Of a stretch of DNA of 64,000 nucleotides, positions 12,421 to 25,330 are shown one piece after another. Positions within the stretch are counted from its first letter, which is position 1, and every line of letters begins with the position of its first letter. The notes below the pieces were generated by a model. It saw nothing but the letters and a program-made list of their open reading frames with translations, did no database searches and was not told the DNA's origin. Origin of the DNA: Mobula hypostoma (taxonomy: Eukaryota); assembly GCF_963921235.1 (NCBI RefSeq), contig NC_086097.1, positions 235,168,001 through 235,232,000 of the forward strand. The letters run 5' to 3'. Made by a program: the position numbers and the translations under genes.

Positions 12421-12955
12421 TATATTGTCACTGACGTATGTCCTAAAATCTAGTGTTCTATGGCAGCAGTATAATGTAATACATAAAGAATTACTATAAT
12501 TTACAATAAGAAATATAAAACATAGAAAAGGGGGAATTTGTTGTTGAGCTGCAAGGGAAGGAGACTTATTGGAGCCATGATGAAACGGGGGAGCAGACTT
12601 GATGGGCCAAATGGCCTAATTCTGCTCCTCTATTTTATGGCTTATGGTCTTTTGGTTTGTTTAGCTGGGATCCAACATGAACCCAATGGGCCAATAGCCT
12701 TCTGTTTTGCTGTAATCTTTATGTGATTTTGTCTAAATGAATCTAAATGAAATTATATTTCATAAAACCAACTAATTAATTGCCATATTTATGATGTGGG
12801 GCTACATTAGAAGGACAGTTTGAGTAATTAGACATTTATTTTCTTGGAAAGACAGAGTTTTGCAAACGTTAAGAGGGCTTGTTAAAGTAGTAAATTGAGA
12901 AAATATTTTCTCTGTGGAAATATTCAAGTGCAATGTACGTGATGTTCATTTACAG

Positions 12956-13039
12956 TTCAGTCAGACGGGAAGAAAATGAGGAAGAAGTAGTTCCCATAAA
13001 GTATAATAGAAAATTCGGAATTCGTTCTGGCAAAAGACT
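12956..13039 (+). CDS. Candidate host-gene exon (SVRREENEEEVVPIKYNRKFGIRSGKR), product unknown
   Basis: TTCATTTACAG acceptor-like and GTGAGT donor-like ends; 84 nt, phase 2-2; only one + frame open; lies in non-repeat DNA. No homology recognised. Confidence 0.3.
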
Positions 13040-13539
13040 GTGAGTGACAGGACAATTAGAGCCACTAGGACGGTGACGGATGGAATTTGCTACTTTAAGG
13101 TTATGCAGCAAAGAACAGAAGTTCCTGTATTCAGGCTTGGATTTTTCTTTGGCGTGTTCTGCCAGCAATGAACTTTATCAGGCTCACTTTGGCTTACACA
13201 CACATCAAGGATCTCCAGATTGTCCATTCATTTACGGTCAAAGAAGCTTTTCGCAGCATGTACTGAATTTCTGAAAAGTGCTACCAGCTGTGAAGGCTTA
13301 TGGAATTGCTGCAATCATCCTATGATAATGGGCATTTGACTAATCTAAAATTATACTCTCCAATCTTTCCAAACAATCAAAATATGACAGAGCAATGTTG
13401 ATACCAATTTTATTCAGCATTACTGCCTCAAAATATCAATTTCAGTGTTAAATCCCCTACATAACCTGCTTTAATAATTTTTCAATGAATTCATTGCAAT
13501 GAATGCACTCATGTATAAGTGTGACTGCCGCAGATTCTC

Positions 13540-15325
13540 AAAAGGGAGAGTGAACAGTCAGAGGTCATGGTGCACATTGGCAAGAAAGGGGCAAGAGGTC
13601 CTGTGCATGGAGTATAGGGATAGGGGAAAGCCTGAACAACAGGGTCTCCAAGGTACTAATTTCTAGATTACTCCCAGTGCCACACGATAGTTAGGGCAAG
13701 AATAGGATAATGGCACAGATGAATGAGTGGATGAGGAAGTGGTACGGGGGGTAGGCGGGGGGGCTGGGTTTCTGATTTCTGAATCATTCGGATCTCTTCT
13801 GCAGAAGTAATGACAAATACAAAAAGGAGGGGTTCCACCTGAACCCAAGCAGGACCAATATCCTTGCAGGCAGGTTTGCTAGAGTTTGTGGGAGGGTTTA
13901 AACTAAGTTGGCAGGGAGATGGGAACCAGAGTGGAAGGGCAGTTGATATAGAGATGGACAGTATGTAGTGAGACTGCGAGGAAGGACAGGCAGATGATAA
14001 GGCAAAAGTGCAGTCAGTGGGATGAGTGAAGTGTGACAAGGGAGCAAAATCAAAAAGGGTGAAGGTGTTTTATTTGAATTCACTCAGTACATGAAATAGG
14101 GTAGATGATCTTGTCAGGCAGAAAGAGATTGGCAGGTATGACATTGTGGGCATCACTGAGACACGGCTGAAAGAAGATCATAGTTGGGAGCTTACTATCT
14201 GAGGATACCATAAGGCTTTAGATATAGGAGATGAATTAGGCTACATGGCCCATTGAATATGCTCCATCATTTCATCATGACTGATCCAATTTCCCTCTCA
14301 GCCCCAATCTCCTGTCTTCTCCCATATCCCTTCATGCCCTGACTAATCCATTGTATCGAAAGGATAGGTAGGCAGAGGGAGTGGGGTGGCTTTGTTGGTA
14401 AAAAATGAAATCAAATCATTATACACCTGAACCCAAAGGGTAAGAAAGTGGTGATATAGGATCAGAAGATGTAGAGTTAAAAAGATGCAAGGGTAAAAAG
14501 ACTCTTATGGGAGTTGTACAGTATACAGGCCCCTGAATAGTAGCCAGGATGTGGGATATATACTTAAATGGGAAATGGAGAAGGCGTGTAATAAGGCCAA
14601 TGTAATCATAGTCACAGGGAATTTCAAAATGCAGGTACATTGGGAAAATTACATTGACACTGAATCACAAGAGAGGGAATTTATAGAATGGCTATGAGGT
14701 GTCTGTTTAGCGCTGTCTGTGGTTGAACATAGAACATAGAATAGTCCAGCACAGTACAGGCCCTTTGGCCCACAATGCTGTGCCCACCTTCAAACCCTGC
14801 CTCCCATATAACCCGCCCCCCACACTTTAAATTCCTCCATATACCCGAGGGGAAAGGCAATTCACTATTAGGTGTTTTGAAATGAACCAGATTTGATTAT
14901 GGAGCCGAAGGTAAAGGTCCTTCAGAGGTAGTGATCATAATATGACAGAATTCACTGTGCAGGTTGAAAGAGAAGATAAAATCAGATGTATCAGTATTAC
15001 AGTGGAGTAAAGGGAATTGCAGTGGCCTGGGGGAGGAGATGACCAAAGAAGGGGACAAGAGCAGGGGTGCCGGCGGAACAGCAATGGCTAGAGTTTCAGG
15101 GGGCAATTCAGAAGGCGCAGTGCAGGTACATTCCAAATATGAATACATATTCTAAAGGGAGGATGAGGCAACTGTGGCTGTCAAGGGAAGTCATAAAAAC
15201 AAAAGAGAGGACATAAAGTATCACAAAAATCAGTGGGAAGTTAGAAGATTGGGAAGCTTTTAATGGACAACAGAAGGCAACTAACAAAACCATAAGGAGA
15301 GAAAAGATGAAATATGAAGGTAAGC
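13540..15325 (+). mobile_element. Old decayed CR1 5' part (ORF1 esterase end, ORF2 endonuclease) with two minus-strand CR1 3' ends nested (about 14208-14350 and 14727-14844)
   Basis: Colinear with 8490-9990 of the full-length copy but with many stops and indels; nested pieces show reversed CR1 tails. Confidence 0.8.
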
Positions 15326-15548
15326 GAATCTAATACCCTCACTTTGTATTGTGTATAAAGCTAGGCAGGGAGCTAATCTCCTCAAAAACCACCTGAGCCG
15401 AAAGCTTTCTTCAGGGATTTTAATGAGATAAGTTTATGAAAAGATATTGTTGTTTCCAGGGCAAATAAAGAGTGAGTGGAGATGGATGTCTTTTTACTGT
15501 GTTTGCTGCAAGTTAAAATCCAAATTAACCCACATAGGAAATGATGTA

Positions 15549-15592
15549 CAGTCCTGCACAAAAGTCTTTGATATCTCTTTCTCTCTCTCTCT

Positions 15593-15635
<43 letters not shown>

Positions 15636-15659
15636 TAGAGAGACTGATCCACCGTACTG
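15549..15659. mobile_element. Tc1-like MITE with (CT)n-ATA-(GA)n microsatellite spacer
   Basis: TA|CAGTCCTGCACAAAAGTCT ... AGACTGATCCACCGTACTG|TA, degenerate versions of the 7488-7554 TIRs with TA flanks. Confidence 0.5.
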
Positions 15660-15799
15660 TATTACTGTGGAGTTCTACATTCCTGTATCCTTTGCACTTG
15701 TTTTTTCTAGTTTAGAATGTCCTTGTACATTCTTCCTGTTAAAATGTAATATTCACATTTTAGAGTTTAGCGCAATGCTGTTACTCCAAGAGGACCACA

Positions 15800-16193
15800 G
15801 CCTCGGTATTGGGTTTGGAGGCTTGCGTGCCTCAGTGAAGCAGAGAGCTATGTTGGCTGGAGTCAGAGCTTTCTTGATAGGGTCACACATGCCAAGCAGG
15901 TCAAAAGGTAGAGGCCAGGCTAAGAATGGCCCACCGCTCCTCCAGGTTTAGGGGTACAGTTCAGGTCTAACAACCCTGGCTGTTAGAACAAAATTGTTAC
16001 GGAAACATCAACGAAGAATCCTTCTACACCTGAGTGCAACAGCATTCCCGGGTCTCCACCGGGGACTTGCGTGCCTGACAGTAGTGAAAACTGAGAAGAC
16101 GCTGCTGACATGATGAAGGAACCTCTGAACAGCTTCAGGGATGGACGATCTTCATAGCAGCCGGCATGACGGGCAGTAAGTAAGAAGTAAGTA
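15800..16193 (+). mobile_element. Non-autonomous RTE-derived retroelement
   Basis: RTE-like 5' UTR (GAGAGCTATG..TAGGGTCAC..CAGGTCAAA.GGTAGAGGCCAG); (AGTA)n tail; second copy at about 26105-26343 plus 30738-30870. Confidence 0.65.
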
Positions 16194-16194
16194 A

Positions 16195-16378
16195 CGTTGT
16201 TACAGCTGCAGCAACGCAGATTCAAATCCTGCGCTGTATATAAAGATTATTCTCTCCATGACTGTGTGTGCTTCCTCTCGTTTCCTCCCACATTCCCAAG
16301 GCACACAGGTTAATTGATCACATGGGTGTAATTGGGCAGCGTGGGCTCGTTGGGTTGGAAGAGCCTGTTACTGTGCTG
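16195..16378 (+). mobile_element. V-SINE (HE1-like) fragment
   Basis: B-box-like TTCAAATCC, V-domain remnant TTTCCTCCCACATTCC, CR1-like tail. Confidence 0.6.
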
Positions 16379-16949
16379 ATCCCATAACTTCAGAAACTAC
16401 TACATTTCTTTTGGCCTCCAGAAAGTTTCATGAGCCCTTTGACAATATTCACCCGAGCTGGCAGTGAATATTTACCCGGATTATTTTCACTCCTGGATGC
16501 AAAGTATAAAGAAGACAGCATCGGCATTACATCCTTGTGTGTTGTCTATTTTCTTTGACTCTTTGGGTCATACTTTATCAGACAAATAGTCTCAGCAATA
16601 CTGATGGGGTTTACATGATATAAAGATTGCAATATTTCCTGCTCATTGCTCACAACCAGTCATTATTGTGACTTTAAATGTGCCAGTTTGGAGCAGTGTT
16701 TGGAACAGGTTTTTATTCAGTACAACAGATACACAGGGGGAATCTCAATGGGAAACTCAATGAGTAGAAAGAACAACAGCAGAAGATTAAACACTCTTCC
16801 AATGCACAGAATCAGAATCATGTTCATTAACGTTGTCAGATGTAGTGAATTATGTTGTTATTTGGCAGCAGCACAGTGTCAGACATAATATTTTCACTAA
16901 TTTTTAATTATAAATATGCATGTACACAAATAAATAAATAAATCTTACG

Positions 16950-17395
16950 CCAAGATATGGCTACCCTCAGAGTGGAGGAACAGCACCTTATATTCCGTCT
17001 GGGTACCCTCCAACCTCAGAATCAGAATCAGGTTTATTCTCATGTCTTGTGAAATTTGTTAACCTGCTGACATGAATATTGATTTCTCCTTTCGGTGAAT
17101 AAATCTCCCAACTCTCCCCCCTTCCTCTATTCCCCACTCTAATCTTTCACATCTTCTCAACTGCTTAATATTTTCCTCAGGGTCCCCTCCTACTTCCCTT
17201 TTTCCTATGGTCCACTCTCCTCTCCTATCAGGTTCTTTCTTCTCCAGCCCTTGACCTTTCCCACCCACTTGGCTTCACCTACCATCTTTCAGCTAGCCTC
17301 GTTTCTCATCCCATCTTTTCATTCTGGAATCTTCATCCTTACTCACCAGGCCTGAAAAAGGTTCTTGGCCTGAAATGTTGACTGTTTTCTCCTTT
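16950..17395 (+). mobile_element. Penelope-like element 3' fragment
   Basis: Encodes EEQHLIFRLGTLQP as at 51415-51590; pyrimidine-rich UTR; degenerate hammerhead near 17351-17382; short LINE tail inserted at 17017-17060 between AACCT repeats. Confidence 0.75.
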
Positions 17396-17652
17396 CCCTC
17401 GGCAGTGGGAGCTTATCCCCATTACCACCTCCGGCTATAACAACCTTAAGGAATAAAAGAGTGTTCAATATTCACAGAAGTGAGGAACATTCAGCCCAGA
17501 ATGAAACAGTGTTAAATCCAGAGGCTCTTACATTTGTGTACAGATTTGCACTTCGTAACATATCTGTAGACAGAGATATACAGTATATCATTGTACAGTT
17601 ATAACAACGATCATGGCATCTTCAAACAACAAAAAACTATGCCCAGGCATGT

Positions 17653-20497
17653 AAAACCATAGAAACCATAGAAACTACAGCACAGAAACAGGCCTTTTGG
17701 CCCTTCTTGGCTGTGCCAAACCATTTTCTGCCTAGTCCCACTGACCTGCACATGGACCATATCCCTCCATACACCTCCCATCCATGTATCTGTCCAATTT
17801 ATTCTTAAATGTTAAAAAAGAACCCGCATTTATCACCTCGTCTGGCAGCTCATTCCATACTCCCACCACTCTCTGTGTGAAGAAGCCCCCCCTAATATTC
17901 CCTTTAAATTTTTCCCCCCTCATCCTTAACCCGTGTCCTCTGTTTTTTTTCTCCCCTTGCCTCAGTGGAAAAAACCTGCTTGCATTCACTCTATCTATAC
18001 CCATCATAATTTTATATACCTCTATCAAAACTCCCCTCATTCTTCTACGCTCCAGGGAATAAAGTCCTATCCTATTCAACCTTTCTCTGTAACTGAGTTT
18101 CTCAAGTCCCGGCAACATCCTTGTAAACCTTCTCTGTACCCTTTCAATCTTATTTATATCCTTCCTGTAATTTAGTGACCAAAACTGAACACAATACTCC
18201 AGATTCGGCCTCACCAATGCCTTATACAACCTCATCATAACATTCCAGCTCTTGTACTCAATACTTTGATTAATAAAGGCCAATGTACCAAAAGCTCTCT
18301 TTACGGCCCTACCTACTTGTGACACCACGTTTAGGGAATTTTGTATCTGTATTCCCAGATCCCTCTGTTCCACTGCACTCCTCAGTGCCTTACCATTAAC
18401 CCTGTATGTTCTACCTTGGTTTGTCCTTCCAACGTGCAATACCTCACACTTGTCTGTATTAAACTCCATCTGCCATTTTTCAGCCCATTTTTCCAGCTGG
18501 TCCAAGTCCCTCTGCAGGCTCTGAAAACCTTCCTCACTGTCTACTACACCTCCAATCTTTGTATCATCAGCAAACTTGCAGATCCAATTTACCACATTAT
18601 CATCCAGATCATTGATATAGATGACAAATAACAATGGACCCAGCACTGATCCCTGTGGCACACCACTAGTCACAGGCCTCCACTCGGAGAAGCAATTCTC
18701 TACCACCACTCTTCAGCTTCTTCCATTGAGCCAATGTCTAATCCAATTTACCACCTCTCCATGTATACCTAGTGACTGAATTTTCCTAACTAACCTCCCA
18801 TGCAGGACCTTGTCAAAGGCCTTACTGAAGTCCATGTAGACAATATCCACTGCCTTCCCTTCATCCACTTTCCTAGTAACCTCCTCGAAAAACTCCAATA
18901 GATTGGTCAAACATGACCTACCACGCACAAAGCCATGTTGACTCTCCCTAATAAGTCCCTGTCTATCCAAATGCTTGTAGATTCTGTCTCTTAGTACTCC
19001 CTCCAATAACTTACCCACTACCGAAGTTAAACTCACCGGCCTATAATTTCCCGGATTACTTTTCAATCCTTTTTTAAACAACGGAACAACATGAGCCACT
19101 CTCCCATCCTCCAGCACCTCACCCGTAGACAGCGACATTTTAAATATTTCTGCCAGGGCCCCCGCAATTTCAACACTAGTCTCCTTCAAGGTCCGAGGGA
19201 ACACCCTGTCAGTTCCCGGGGATTTATCCACTTTAATTTTCCTCAAGACAGCAAGCACCTCCTTTTCAATCTGTACAGTTTCCATGATCTCACTGCTTGA
19301 TTCCCTCAATTCCATAGACTTCATGCCAGTTTCCTTAGTAAATACAGACGCAAAAAACCTATTTAAGATCTCCCCCATTTCCTTTGGTTCCGCACCTAGC
19401 CGACCACTCTGATCTTCAAGAGGACCAATTTTATCCCTTACAATCCTTTTGCTCTTAATATACCTGTAAGAGCTCTTTGGATTATCCTTCACTTTGACTG
19501 CCAAGGCAACCTCATGTCTTCTTTTAGCCCTCCTGATTACTTTCTTCAGTATTTTCTTGCACTTCTTATACTCCTCAAGCACCTGATTTACTCCCTGTTT
19601 CCTATACATTTCATACAACTCCCTCTTCTTCTTTATCAGAGTTGCAATATCCCTTGAGAACCAAGGTTCCTTATTCCTATTCAATTTGCCTTTAATCCTG
19701 ACAGGAAAATACAAACTCTGCACTCTCAATATTTCCCCTTTGAAGGTTTCCCACCTACCAATCACATCTTTGCCAGAGAACAACCTGTCCCAATCCACGC
19801 TTTTTAGATCCTTTCTCATTTCTTCAAATTTGGCCTTCTTCCAGTTCAGAACCTCAACCCTAGGACCAGATCTATCTTTGTCCATGATCAAATTGAAACT
19901 AATGGTGTTATGATCACTGGAACCAAAGTGCTCCCTACACAGACTTCCGTCACTTGTCCTAACTCGTTTCCTAACAGGAGATCCAATATTGCATCCCCTC
20001 TAGTTGGTCCCTCTATATATTGATTTAGAAAACTTTCCTGAACACATTTTACAAACTCTAAACCATCTAGACCCCTAACAGTATGGGAGTCCCAATGAAT
20101 GTATGGAAAATTAAAATCCCCTACCACCACAACTTTATGTTTCCTGCAGTTGCCTGCTATCTCTCTGCAGATTTGCTCTTCCAAGTCTCGTTGACTATTG
20201 GGTGGTCTGTAATACAATCCCCCTAATGTGGCCATACCTTTCCTGTTTCTCAGCTCCACACATAAGGACTCAGTAGACAAGCCCTCTAATCTGTCCTGCC
20301 TGAGCACTGCTGTAATATTTTCCCTAACAAGCAATGCTACTCCCCCACCTTTCATTCCTCTGCCTCGATCACATCTGAAACATCGGAACCCTGGAATATT
20401 AAGCTGCCAGTCCTACCCCTCCTGTAGCCAAGTTTCACTAATTGCTATAACGTCATAATTCCACGTGTCAATCCACACCCTCAACTCATCCGCCTTC
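17653..20497 (-). mobile_element. Young 5'-truncated CR1 with most of ORF2
   Basis: ORFs 19888-20355, 18713-19891 and 17732-18709 give EN (YRPP, GDFN) and RT (QHGF, DFSKAF, GVPQGSVLGP, FADD); (TTTCTATGG)n tail. Confidence 0.95.
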
Positions 20498-21546
20498 TAG
20501 ATCTAAAATGTAGATCTAAAATAAGTGCTAATCTAATGAGTGGCTACCCTCAGAGTGAATAATTAGCTAAGTGATGGAAGAAGTTGTATACAGTGCAGGA
20601 AAAGGTTAATATTTAATTACCTTTTCACTGATACCTGAATTTGCACAGGCCTATTCAGCTCAGGAGATCTATTTTCTAAATTACTTTGAAAATCCTGAAA
20701 GATTCAATAAATTTGCATCTTGACCTTTAGATTTAAAAGGTATAAAAGCTGGCTCCATCTCAATCTACTCATTATTGAGGCTTTGGAATTTCCTTGACAT
20801 TCTGGTGAATGTTCTCAACTCTAGTGATAGATAATATGTCCATGCATAAGGATAGAGCCTGGGCTTGTACTAACCAGAGCTCTAAATATCCATTGCAAAA
20901 CATCTTCCCCGTTATGCAAAAGCTCTGTAAATATAAAGACCAATATTTCTTTAACCTCTTTGACCTTTTTTGTGGCATGAGAAAAAAGCATAACTGGACT
21001 CAAAAATCACCTCAATGACTACTGTTGATAAATTCTAGTTAAAAAAAAACGTATTTGCATTCTTCTTTCATGTAAAAAACGGTGGTAGGCAGTATTCTGG
21101 TAAATCTATAATGTGGACATTATAAGTCTATGGGGTATAAGCACAAGAGATTCCTCTTAGTAATCTTAAACAACACATTCAAAATGCTGAAGCAATCTGG
21201 TGAGGCAGAATTCCTGATGAAGTGTCTCAGTCCAAAACATCAACTGTTTATCCCCCTCCACAGATGCTGCTTGACTTGCTGAGTTCCTCTGGCAGTTTGT
21301 GTGTGTCAGGAGCACATACGAAAACATTATCAATTGACCTCAAAGAGACCACATCCTGTGTCAGTGACGACCACCAGGGGGAAGGGAGCTCTGTGCTGAA
21401 AAAGGGAGTGAGAAGAAAGAACAGACAGTAGAAAGATTGTTATTGACATGTGAGAATACATTCAAATTTCTGTAGGCTGGCTTGTGCTCCTAAATCTGTA
21501 GCAAAGATCATCCTTGAAACAAAGAAACACCATCAACAAATTATGG

Positions 21547-22640
21547 AGTCATAGTCATAGTCATAGTCATACTTTATTGATCCCAGGGGAAATTGGTTTT
21601 CGTTACAGTTGCACCATGAATAATAAATAGTAATAAAACCATAAATAGTTAAATAGTAATATGTAAATTATGCCAGTAAATTATAAAATAATCCAGGACC
21701 AGCCTATTGGCTCAGGGTGTCTGACCCTCCAAGGGAGGAGTTGTAAAGTTTGATGGCCACAGGCAGGAATGACTTCCTATGACGCTCTGTGCTGCATCTC
21801 GGTGGAATGAATCTCTGGCTGAATGTACTCCTGTGCCCAACCAGTACATTATGTAGTGGATGGGAGACATTGTCCAAGATGGCATGCAACTTGGACAGCA
21901 TCCTCTTTTCAAACACCACTGTCAGAGAGTCCAGTTCCATCCCCACAACATCACTGGCCTTATGAATGAGTTTGTTGATTCTGTTGGTGTCTGCTACCCT
22001 CAGCCTGCTGCCCCAGCACACAACAGCAAACATGATAGCACTGGCCACCACAGACTCGTAGAACATCCTCAGCATTGTCCAGCAGATTTTTAAGGACCTC
22101 AGTCTCCTCAGGAAATAGAGACGTCTCTGACCCTTCTTGTAGACAGCCTCGGTGTTCTTAGACCAGTCCAGTTTATTGTCAATTCGTATCCCAAGGTATT
22201 TGTAATCCTCCACCATGTCCACACTGACCCCCTTGATGGAAACAGGGGTCTCGGGTACCTTAGCTCTCCTCAGGTCTACCACCAGCTCCTTAGTCTTTTT
22301 CACATTAAGCTGCAGATAATTCTGCTCCCACCATGTGACAAAGTTTCCTACCGTAGCCCTGTACTCAGCCTCATCTCCCTTGCTGATGCATCCAACTATG
22401 GCAGAGTCATCAGAAAACTTCTGAAGATGACAAGACTCTGTGCAGTAGTTGAAGTCCAAGGTGTAAATGGTGAAGAGAAATGAAGACAAGACAGTTCTCT
22501 GTGGAGCCCCAGTGCTGCTGATCACTCTGTCGGACACACAGTGTTGCAAGCACACGTACTGTGGTCTGCCAGTCAGCTAATCAAGAATCCATGACACCAG
22601 GAAAGCATCCACCTGCATCGCTGTCAGCTTCTCCCCCAGA
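21547..22640 (-). mobile_element. Young Rex1/Babar-like LINE, 5'-truncated
   Basis: ORF 21704-22555: GAPQ, KFSDDSAIVG, LNVKKTKELVVD, YKYLG, RLYFLRRL; AATAAA plus (GACTAT)n tail. Confidence 0.9.
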
Positions 22641-23399
22641 GTTAATGAGACTTCACTGGTCACAATTTAAGGATGCGTTTTTTAGTCTTCTCTGCCTTTT
22701 ACCCACCTTTGAATAGTATTGGTGAATTGTCTACAAGTTCCTAGTTTAATTTTAACCAACATTTGCTTCACATTGAATAGTCAAGATAAATTATTCCTCT
22801 AATGTTCCAAACAGTTTGTTGGTATTCCTTTGCTATAGCATAAGTTTCTATATTAGAAGCAGGCCAATGATTGAAAATTTTAAGGAAATTTGGATTTCCA
22901 TTTGTTTAATGCTTCATTGGTAAAAAAAAAATAAAATTTGGGTAATGTCATAAGAGTAAATGGAAGCAAAAGAAATGTCATGCGTATTTTATACTGCTTT
23001 GCTGGTAGGCCAGTAAAAACAGAGACACTTCATCCAAAGACAACAAATGTAATCCACAGCCTCATTTTCAGTCTCAAACACAATTTCCATTATCTGACTT
23101 CCTCAATCTACCCCTGATCTGATGAGGGGTGCAGAGTGGGTTCTTCTTTTCGTTGTCCCAATGTACTCAACCCATGGATTAATTGATGCCTATTTTGTGT
23201 ACCATGGCTGAGATTATCCAATTGACTGGCTGGCAACTTGCCTCTTTGAGTGTTAAGAATGAAAGAGAGCCCCACTGTTAAATTCAACAGCATGGGAAAT
23301 AGCACTTTACTTTTGCAGTAAATGATTCTACAGCTGAAGAGCTTGTTGAGGTGCTTTACAGAAATCCGCACAATTTGGGATGTCACAGTAATGCAGTCA

Positions 23400-23640
23400 G
23401 TTAGTGAAACACTAGTACAGCTCAGGCATTGGAGTTTAAGTTCAGTTCTGGTGTCCTCTGTAAGGAGGTTATATGTCCTCCCTGTTAGTGCACGGGTTTC
23501 CTCTGGGTACTATGGTTTCCTCCCACATTCCAAAGATATACCAATTGGTAGGTTAATTGGGCACTGTAAATTGCCCTGTAATTAGGCCAGAGTTACGTAA
23601 ATGGGTTGCTGGGTGGTGTGGCTTGTTGGGTATCTCAAAA
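23400..23640 (+). mobile_element. V-SINE (HE1-like)
   Basis: V-domain GGGTTTCCTCTGGGTACTATGGTTTCCTCCCACATTCCAAAGA. Further copies near 51230-51410, 54780-54870(-), 56340-56450(-), 57960-58150(-), 60600-60792, 60990-61215, 62350-62515(-). Confidence 0.75.
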
Positions 23641-24109
23641 TAAGATGAAAAATACAATTCCCTGCTAGGAAAATGCCATGGATGCACTGGCAAGCAAAGT
23701 ACCTTTAGATGGAGAGGACACAAGAGAAAATGAATAAAAAACTATATTAAAAACAAATACTTCTATATGTTAAATGGTGGATAAAGGAATGTGAGCACAT
23801 GAGAATTTCCATATGAAAAAAAAATCAAGGTGGTCTTAAATTAAATAGAGGTGGTCTTTACTTGATTATATATAGACAATGAAATCTATTGTTCAGAGGC
23901 CAAAGTTCCTCACTGCACTTCGCTGAGGAGAATTAAGGACATAATTCTTTTCCATGCCCTGATTGGTCTGCAAGTTTGTAACCTACGTAGACCGGTGAGA
24001 TAATTTTGTAAATCCTCGTAATGTTTCATAAGCGTGTTCATTAAAACCCGGCCGAGGATTTGTTATAAAACACATCACACGACTCTTTTCTGATGGTCTC
24101 AAGTTCAGG

Positions 24110-24785
24110 CTCAGAATCAGAATTAGGTTTAACATCACCGGCATATGTGGTGAAATTTGTCAACTTTGCAGCAGCCGCACAATGCAATGCACAATAATGG
24201 AAAAAGAAACTGAATTAGTGAGTAGTGTAAAAATAGAAACAAAACAAAATAATGAGGTAGTGTCCTTGGGTTCAATGTCCATTCATAAATCAGATGGCAG
24301 AGGAGAAGATGCTGTTCCTGAATCGTTAAGTGTGTGCCTTCATGTTTCTGAACCTCCATCCTGATGGTAGAAATGGGAACAGAGTATGCTCTGGGTGATG
24401 AGGGTCCTTAGTGAAGGACACTGCCTTTTTGAGACATCGCTCCCTGAAGATGTCCTGGATACTATGGAGGCTACTGCTCATGACGGAGCGGACTAAGTTT
24501 ATAATTCTCTGCAGCTTACGTTGATCCTGTGCAGTGCCCCCCACTCCCCGCCATATCAGACAGTGATGCAGATAGAATGCTCTCCATGGTACATACGTTG
24601 AAAATTTCAAGTGTTATTGGAGACATACCACATCTTCTCACATTCCTAATGAAATACAGCCACTGTCATGCTTTCTTTATAGCTGCATAGATATGTTGGG
24701 TTCAGGTGGCATCTCTAGAGATATTGACAGTCAGGACCTTGAAATTGCTCACTCTTTTCACTTCTGATCCCTCTATGAGGACTGG
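24110..24785 (-). mobile_element. Older Rex1/Babar-like LINE 3' fragment
   Basis: ORF 24326-24610 RKLQRII..KDPHHPEHTLFPFLPSGWRFR; (CAGAAT)n reversed tail. Confidence 0.75.
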
Positions 24786-25137
24786 ACAAAGTGATCAATA
24801 AAGGATTGTTATGCATCTAGATCAGCTCATTACCATGACCCATTTATGTATTTTCAAATTTACTTACATTTTACATTACTAATAATTTACCTGGAAGTGC
24901 TAGCATGATAGCCAGAAAGAATGGTTTCAAGAAAGATGATTGTTTCAGACATAAGTACAGCGAGCAAAAGCACTTGATTTTTTTTTTAAAAAGAGACCAA
25001 CAGGTGGAAAGTTATCCATAGTCTTATGGATTATATGTCAATACTGTGGAGTCCCATCAGAATAACTTAGATTTTGCATGGAACTCTAAGAAACTTTGCA
25101 ATGTCAACACTTCAAATGCCACACAGACATTTTGATC

Positions 25138-25330
25138 AACACACACAAAATGCTGGAGGAACTCAGCAGGTCAGACAGTATCTATGGAAGGGAATAAACA
25201 GTCAGTTTGGTCTCGGCCCGAAACATTGACTATTTATTCCTTTCCATAGGTGCTGCCTGACCTGCTGAGTTCCTCCAGCATTTTGTGTGTGTTTCTCTGG
25301 ATTTCCAGCATCTGCAGAAGTTCTTGTGTT
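25138..25330. repeat. Fold-back (inverted) Penelope-derived terminal repeat
   Basis: ACACACAAAATGCTGGAGGAACTCAGCAGGTCAG ... CTGACCTGCTGAGTTCCTCCAGCATTTTGTGTGT; similar structures at about 21170-21306, 45222-45415 and 45885-46095. Confidence 0.75.

Noticed and set aside
15541..15951. 136-aa ORF with ERERER run
   Set aside because: Translation of a microsatellite and adjacent repeat.
16958..20557. Exact 17-mer TGGCTACCCTCAGAGTG at 16958-16974 and 20541-20557 as a giant TSD
   Set aside because: The first copy is internal Penelope coding sequence and the enclosed region is not one element; chance or a tiny fragment.
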